A stretch of 63,918 nt of DNA, counting the filler, from Limisphaerales bacterium (GTDB lineage: Bacteria > Verrucomicrobiota > Verrucomicrobiia > Limisphaerales > SIBE01), in assembly GCA_044225505.1 (NCBI GenBank). It is 3 parts of 3 records of this genome, joined end to end, with 100 filler letters (N's around TTAATTAATTAA, not from the genome) between each part and the next. Parts side by side here need not be neighbours in the genome. Positions count along the whole stretch, not along the records: positions 48,737 to 63,918 come from JBGAIN010000189.1; 2 more parts are not named here. One strand, written 5' to 3'. The number at the start of each line of letters is the position of its first letter. Positions within the stretch are counted from its first letter, which is position 1. Positions 58,868 to 63,918 of the stretch are shown piece after piece. Position numbers and translations under genes: made by a program. Below the pieces are notes generated by a model that was not told the DNA's origin, did not search any database, and worked only from the letters and a program-made list of their open reading frames with translations.

Positions 58868-60673
58868 TCATCCGCGGAAATAGATGTAAGCCAACGCGAT
58901 CATCATCAGGACAAACCCGGTGCTTAAGAGATCGCGCGAATCCCAACTTGCTTGAGACTGGGCTCGTTCTTCGTGAGTGACCGTCTGATAAGTTAGGCCT
59001 TTGATACGAGCGTAATCTGGAGGCGGAGTGAGGTAGCTCACCACGACCATGACGATCGCCGAAACCAAGGTGATCAAAATGCTGAAATACTGGAAGTTGA
59101 TGTTATTCACAATCCACAGCATCGATCCGGGGGTGTATTGAAAGTTTGGGTTCAAAGTGGCCGGGGTGTCGACCAGCATTCGGAAAAGCCCAACCACAAA
59201 ACCAATCACCATCGCCCAGAGGCAGCCTTGCGCATTCAAGCGCTTCCAAAATACGCCAAAGAAAAAGACGACAAAGATCGGGGGCGCCAAGTAGCTTTGC
59301 ACAGCTTGCAAGTAATTATAAAGGCCAGCGGCTCCTTTGACGACAGGGATCCAGGCTAATGCGATCACGATCATGACGAAGGTCGCAATACGGCCCATCC
59401 GCACGAGCTCATGTTGACTGGCGTTGGGGCGCCACTTGCCATACAGGTCGACGGTAAACAACGTGGAGCAAGCGTTGAACACTCCCGCGAGCGAACCCAT
59501 CAAGGCCGAGAGCAGTCCGGCCACGACCAGACCTCGCAGACCGGGTGGGAGAAGATATTGCACTAAATTGGGAAATGCTCGATCCGCTTCGGCGGTGACG
59601 ATCGTGCCATCGGCAGCAAACATGGCGGACAGCTCCGGGACTTTTCCGCTCTTCGCCAGGGCGTAGCAGATCAAGCCTGGAATAATAAAGAGATAAACGG
59701 GAAAGAGTTTGAGAAAAGCAGCGAAAATACTACCGCGGCGTGCGATCGTCTCGTTGGGAGCGCCCAGTGCTCGTTGCACGATGTATTGGTCTGTGCACCA
59801 GTACCAGAGTCCGATCACGGGCGCGCAAATGGCCATGCCTAGCCAGGGGAAGTTCGTATTGAAATACCAGGCTATTCGGTTGGGCTCCTTCACCGGAGAC
59901 CACGTTCCTTCCATTCCAGCCGGGATCAACGGTTTCCATAGGTTGAACATTTCCGAACCACAAATCTGGCGGAGTTCGGTCCATCCACCCAGCTTGATCA
60001 GACCGTAAACCGTGAGGGAGGCGGAACCGATAATGAGAATGACCACTTGCACGGCGTCGTTGTAGGCCACTGCGCGCATGCCCCCGACCATCGTATAGAG
60101 TCCGGTCAAGACGATCACCAAGACCGAGCCAATCCAGAAACTGTCGATCTCGATCCCTCCGACGTTGAGATGCAGTTCCGGCAAGAGCGCACCGAAAACA
60201 ACGCCGCCAGCGAAGATGCCGACGGCAATCTTTGACACCACAAAGGTGATCAGCGAAACCACGGAAAGGACGTAGCGCGAGCCGACCGAGAACCGCCGTT
60301 CCAGAAACTCTGGCATCGTAAACACCAAAGAACGGGCGTAGAAGGGAACGAACACCCACGCGAGCACCAGCAAGCACCAGGCGTGCAGTTCGTAGTGCGC
60401 CATCGCTACTCCATTTTTGGCGCCTGAACCTGCCAGACCCACGATGTGTTCGGAGCCGATGTTGGAAGCGAAGATAGACGCTCCAATAATCCACCAGCTC
60501 AGATTTCGGCCGGCCAGGAAATAGTCCGCAGCGGTGTCCTTGCTCTTGCGAACTACCCACGACGCGACAAAGAGAAGAATCCCGAAATAGAGGGCGATCA
60601 TCAGCCAATCCAAGCTGGTCAATGTCGAATGGCCAGGCTGCGCTGCTGCCAGCATCGAGGTCGCAATATTCAT
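58868..60673 (-). CDS. Sodium:solute symporter (SGLT-like)
   Basis: YFLAGR, FASNIGSEH, TMPEFLERRF, WYWCTDQYIVQRAL; start reassigned to MNIATS. Confidence 0.93.
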   Translation of the reverse strand: MNIATSMLAAAQPGHSTLTSLDWLMIALYFGILLFVASWVVRKSKDTAADYFLAGRNLSWWIIGASIFASNIGSEHIVGLAGSGAKNGVAMAHYELHAWCLLVLAWVFVPFYARSLVFTMPEFLERRFSVGSRYVLSVVSLITFVVSKIAVGIFAGGVVFGALLPELHLNVGGIEIDSFWIGSVLVIVLTGLYTMVGGMRAVAYNDAVQVVILIIGSASLTVYGLIKLGGWTELRQICGSEMFNLWKPLIPAGMEGTWSPVKEPNRIAWYFNTNFPWLGMAICAPVIGLWYWCTDQYIVQRALGAPNETIARRGSIFAAFLKLFPVYLFIIPGLICYALAKSGKVPELSAMFAADGTIVTAEADRAFPNLVQYLLPPGLRGLVVAGLLSALMGSLAGVFNACSTLFTVDLYGKWRPNASQHELVRMGRIATFVMIVIALAWIPVVKGAAGLYNYLQAVQSYLAPPIFVVFFFGVFWKRLNAQGCLWAMVIGFVVGLFRMLVDTPATLNPNFQYTPGSMLWIVNNINFQYFSILITLVSAIVMVVVSYLTPPPDYARIKGLTYQTVTHEERAQSQASWDSRDLLSTGFVLMMIALAYIYFRG

Positions 60674-60774
60674 AATCTCTAGGGCGGTGAGGAGGCTGGG
60701 GGCGTCGCCCGGGCGGGATCGAGAGAACCATGGCCCGCGCACGCTCCGCGCTCCTGCACCGCGAATGGCTGCGG

Positions 60775-61938
60775 TTACTTCGCGGAAAAGCGGTAAATGA
60801 TCGTATTCTTATAGACCTGTCCCGGCTTTAGGACGACCGTCGGAAAGTTCGCATGGTTTGGCGAGTCGGGGTAATGCTGTGGTTCCATGCAAAAGCCGTT
60901 GCGAAAATTATAGACCTTGCTGCCCTTGCCCGTGATCGTTCCGTCAAGGAAGTTGCCGGAATAGAACTGCAGGCCGGGTTCCGTCGAGAGCACTTCCAGG
61001 ATTCGTCCGGTCGTCGGTTCGCTCACCCGTGCCAGAACTGTCAAATCGCCAATGCGCTTATTGAAAACCCAATTGTGATCGTAACCTTTGCCAAATTTTA
61101 GTTGCTCGTTCTCTTGCTGGATGCGCGCGCCAATCGGAGTCGGTTGGCGAAAATCGAACGGCGTCCCGGCCACCGAGGCTAACTCGCCCGTCGGAATCAA
61201 GGTGCTGTCCACTGGAGTGTAACGGTCGGCAGGCATCATCACAACGTGACCCAGGATGTCCCCTGATCCTTGGCCAGCGAGATTGAAGTAAGAATGCTGC
61301 GTCAGGTTGACGACGGTGTCTTTGTCTGTGCTAGCCGTGTAGTCCAGCCGCAAGGCGTTGTCTTGGGTGAGTGTATACACCGCTTTGACCGAGAGCTTTC
61401 CGGGATAGCCTTCTTCACCGTCCTGGCTCACGTAGTTCAGTTCCAACACTGGCCCATCCGCCCCAATATGCGAGGTCGCCTGCCAGACACGTTTGTCGAA
61501 TCCCCGCAAGCCACCGTGGAGGGCGTTCGGATAGTTGTTGGTGGCCAGGGTGTAGGTCGTCCCATTCAAACTGAATTTGCCCTTGGCGATGCGGTTACCA
61601 TAGCGACCTATCAATGCGCCAAAATACGGTGTTTCCTTGATGTAACCCGCCAGGTTGTCGTATCCCAACACCACATCCGACATCTGTCCTTGCCGGTCCG
61701 GTACCTTTAACGAGGTGACAATTCCACCGTAGGTCATGATCTGAGCCTCGGCGCCACCTTTTCCTCGAAGCGTGAACAAGTCGACGGATTTGCCATCCGG
61801 TGCGGTCCCGAAGGCCTGGCTTTGACAGCTCATCTCTACCGACCGGCCAGCTGAGGTTCCTGAAGACACGCAGCCGGCCAGGCAAATGGCTCCAGCGACG
61901 GCTCCGCAAAAGGTGATCCAATGAGGTAGGTGTTGCAT
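60775..61938 (-). CDS. galM: Aldose 1-epimerase (galactose mutarotase), predicted lipoprotein
   Basis: GRYGNRI, LHGG, GEEGYPG, NLTQHSYFNL, GYDHN, CMEPQ; lipobox LAGC after start MQHLPH. Confidence 0.93.
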   Translation of the reverse strand: MQHLPHWITFCGAVAGAICLAGCVSSGTSAGRSVEMSCQSQAFGTAPDGKSVDLFTLRGKGGAEAQIMTYGGIVTSLKVPDRQGQMSDVVLGYDNLAGYIKETPYFGALIGRYGNRIAKGKFSLNGTTYTLATNNYPNALHGGLRGFDKRVWQATSHIGADGPVLELNYVSQDGEEGYPGKLSVKAVYTLTQDNALRLDYTASTDKDTVVNLTQHSYFNLAGQGSGDILGHVVMMPADRYTPVDSTLIPTGELASVAGTPFDFRQPTPIGARIQQENEQLKFGKGYDHNWVFNKRIGDLTVLARVSEPTTGRILEVLSTEPGLQFYSGNFLDGTITGKGSKVYNFRNGFCMEPQHYPDSPNHANFPTVVLKPGQVYKNTIIYRFSAK

Positions 61939-62208
61939 AAGGTTCGCTCTCCAGACTACTCGAATCGTCCAGCGCCTGTAAATGCTTCTTACATGAAAGC
62001 AGGGACGAGGGAGAACCTGAGAGGTCGTTCCTCCAACCACCCAAAATGAGGATTTCTTCTGGCGGGTATTCCCGCGGGTTGGACTGCATCCTTGGGTGTT
62101 TTCCCTAATCTGCTCGCCGAACTTTCCTATCATTAAGTTCTTCGCTGGGCCATCCGATGCTTCAGCAGAGCTCTTAGAAATGTCGAATAACGTGACAGAT
62201 ACCGAATC

Positions 62209-62598
62209 ATGAAGCGGATTCTCTTGGTAGATGATAATGAAGCTTTCCGAAAGCCCTTGTCGGAGGCGTTGGAATTAGCTGGGTATAAGGTCCAGGAAGC
62301 TCGGGATGGAGTCGTGGCCATGCGGCTTTACGCGCAGGAGCTCTTTGACCTGGTCGTGACGGATCTTATTATGCCGGGTAAGGAAGGTCTGGAAACGATT
62401 ATGGAAATACGCCGGCTCCGACCGCAGCAAAAAATCATTGCCATTTCCGGTGGTGGACGAATGGATCCGACCGATTACCTGACCATGGCGAAATACTTGG
62501 GTGCAGCCGAGACGCTGACCAAGCCATTCGGTGCGACTGAGATTCTTGAGGCGGTAGCCCGTGTTCTGGGTTCGACGACTTCATTGCCGGCCTATTAG
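62209..62598 (+). CDS. Single-domain response regulator
   Basis: ILLVDD, VVTDLIMP, ISGG, LTKPF. Confidence 0.93.
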   Translation: MKRILLVDDNEAFRKPLSEALELAGYKVQEARDGVVAMRLYAQELFDLVVTDLIMPGKEGLETIMEIRRLRPQQKIIAISGGGRMDPTDYLTMAKYLGAAETLTKPFGATEILEAVARVLGSTTSLPAY

Positions 62599-62619
62599 GC
62601 GAGTGAACCCAAGCGGCTT

Positions 62620-63918
62620 ATGATCCCACTCGTGCGACCATCCCTCGAGAACGATCGGGAAGACGGGGGGCGGGAGGCCCGGGATTCCAGCTGTGTGGAA
62701 CGGTTTGTCGAGGCGATCAATGACGCCGTGTTCATTCGTCCCATCAAGACCAGCGGCTCGGCTCAACCATTTTCAATTGTCAACGGAGTAGCCTGCGAGA
62801 TGCTGGGCTATTCTCGAGCGGAGTTGCTCAAGAAGACGCCACTCGACTTCGATCCCAACCTCAATCCCCAACTCTTAGAAGATCGCGAGCGGCTCCTGCA
62901 AAATCAGGAGAGCACCACATTCTCTACGGTTCTTCTCGGCAAGAACGGCACCCGCATCGTGGTCGAAATCAACTCGCGCCTGTTGAATTGGGACGGGCGC
63001 AACGAGATCCTGTCCATCGTTCGGGATGTTACGAAACGCAATGAAGTGGAAGCCGCGCTGCGTGAGTCCGAACGCCGCTTTCGGGAGATGATGGAGAACG
63101 CGCGCCTGATCGCCATCATCCTGGATGTCGAGGGACGAGCGCTCTTTGTCAATCGGTTCTTGCTGAATCTGACTGGGCGGAGCGCACAAGAAGTCATCGG
63201 CAAGGATTGGTTTGCCATTTTCCATAGTCCATCGGATGCCGTGGAGTTGCGGCAGAAATTAGATGCCTTGATCCGTGGCGCTTGCGACCATCACCATCGC
63301 AGCGCCATCCTGACCGCTCAAGGAGAACGAAAACTCATCGACTGGAACACGACAACCTTGTGCGACTCGCAGGGGCACGTGATTGGCGTTTCCAGCATTG
63401 GCGAAGACATTACCGAGCGGAAACGAGCGGAATTAGCTCAAGTCCGTTTATCTCAGCAAATGCAGTCGCTTCTGGACTCAACCGACGAGGGCATTTATGG
63501 AATCGACCGGGAAGGGCGCTGCACTTTTATCAATCGGGCGGGCGCGCGGATGATCGATTACTCTCCGCAAGACGTCCTGGGCCGGAACATGCACAGTTTG
63601 GTTCATCATCGGCGGAGCAATTCCAGCCACTATGCAGCGCACGATTGCCCAGTTTTTCATGGCTTTGAATCCGGAGAGGGGTGCCGCGTCAGCAATGAAG
63701 TCTTTTGGCGTCGTGATGGTTCATCCTTTCCGGTCGAGTATTCGTCTCATCCGATTCGCAGTGGGGATGGGATCACGGGGGCGGTGGTGACCTTCACGGA
63801 CATCAGCGAGAGGCAACGACTTGAGCAGCAGTTGCGCCAGGCCCAAAAGATGGAGGCGATCGGACAGCTGGCCGGCGGAGTGGCTCACGATTTTAACAAT
63901 ATCCTGGCGTCTATTCTT
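62620..63918 (+). CDS. Multi-PAS sensor histidine kinase (runs off the window; absent from the ORF track)
   Basis: Manual translation from ATG 62620: three PAS units (RDVT, EDIT, TDIS), then AQKMEAIGQLAGGVAHDFNNIL. Confidence 0.9.
   Translation, partial: MIPLVRPSLENDREDGGREARDSSCVERFVEAINDAVFIRPIKTSGSAQPFSIVNGVACEMLGYSRAELLKKTPLDFDPNLNPQLLEDRERLLQNQESTTFSTVLLGKNGTRIVVEINSRLLNWDGRNEILSIVRDVTKRNEVEAALRESERRFREMMENARLIAIILDVEGRALFVNRFLLNLTGRSAQEVIGKDWFAIFHSPSDAVELRQKLDALIRGACDHHHRSAILTAQGERKLIDWNTTTLCDSQGHVIGVSSIGEDITERKRAELAQVRLSQQMQSLLDSTDEGIYGIDREGRCTFINRAGARMIDYSPQDVLGRNMHSLVHHRRSNSSHYAAHDCPVFHGFESGEGCRVSNEVFWRRDGSSFPVEYSSHPIRSGDGITGAVVTFTDISERQRLEQQLRQAQKMEAIGQLAGGVAHDFNNILASIL

Overview
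This 63.9-kb window is three unlinked contigs joined by artificial N/TTAATTAATTAA spacers (24187-24286 and 48637-48736). The organism is a moderately GC-rich bacterium; gene content suggests Verrucomicrobiota, Pedosphaera/Limisphaera-like (inference). Contig 1 carries the end of a flagellar cluster (fliD, flgM-like, fliS, flgN-like, PAS kinase, degenerate HD-GYP regulator, fliW-csrA-fliC) and a translationally coupled operon of three giant secreted proteins of unknown function. It ends in a nested mobile region: two integron-type cassettes with attC sites, flanked by two non-autonomous terminal-inverted-repeat (TIR) elements carrying Y1-transposase remnants. An IS110-family (IS1111-type) element has inserted precisely into one TIR. 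The main finding is the ~600-nt right end of this IS, which reads as a bridge/seek RNA with a target loop matching the actual insertion site, a donor loop matching the element's circle junction, and a second paralogous target-binding loop predicting a different target. Contig 2 has surface/CAZyme-like genes (DUF5010-like, CotH/lamin-tail, GEVED, DUF1080), a 1-Cys peroxiredoxin, and an accessory region ending in a truncated nuclease-STAND NTPase. Contig 3 has a tandem-LamG protein, cytochrome c-type proteins, a signal peptidase I, a sugar-uptake cluster (galM plus two SSS symporters) and a two-component pair. No rRNA, tRNA or CRISPR array was seen.
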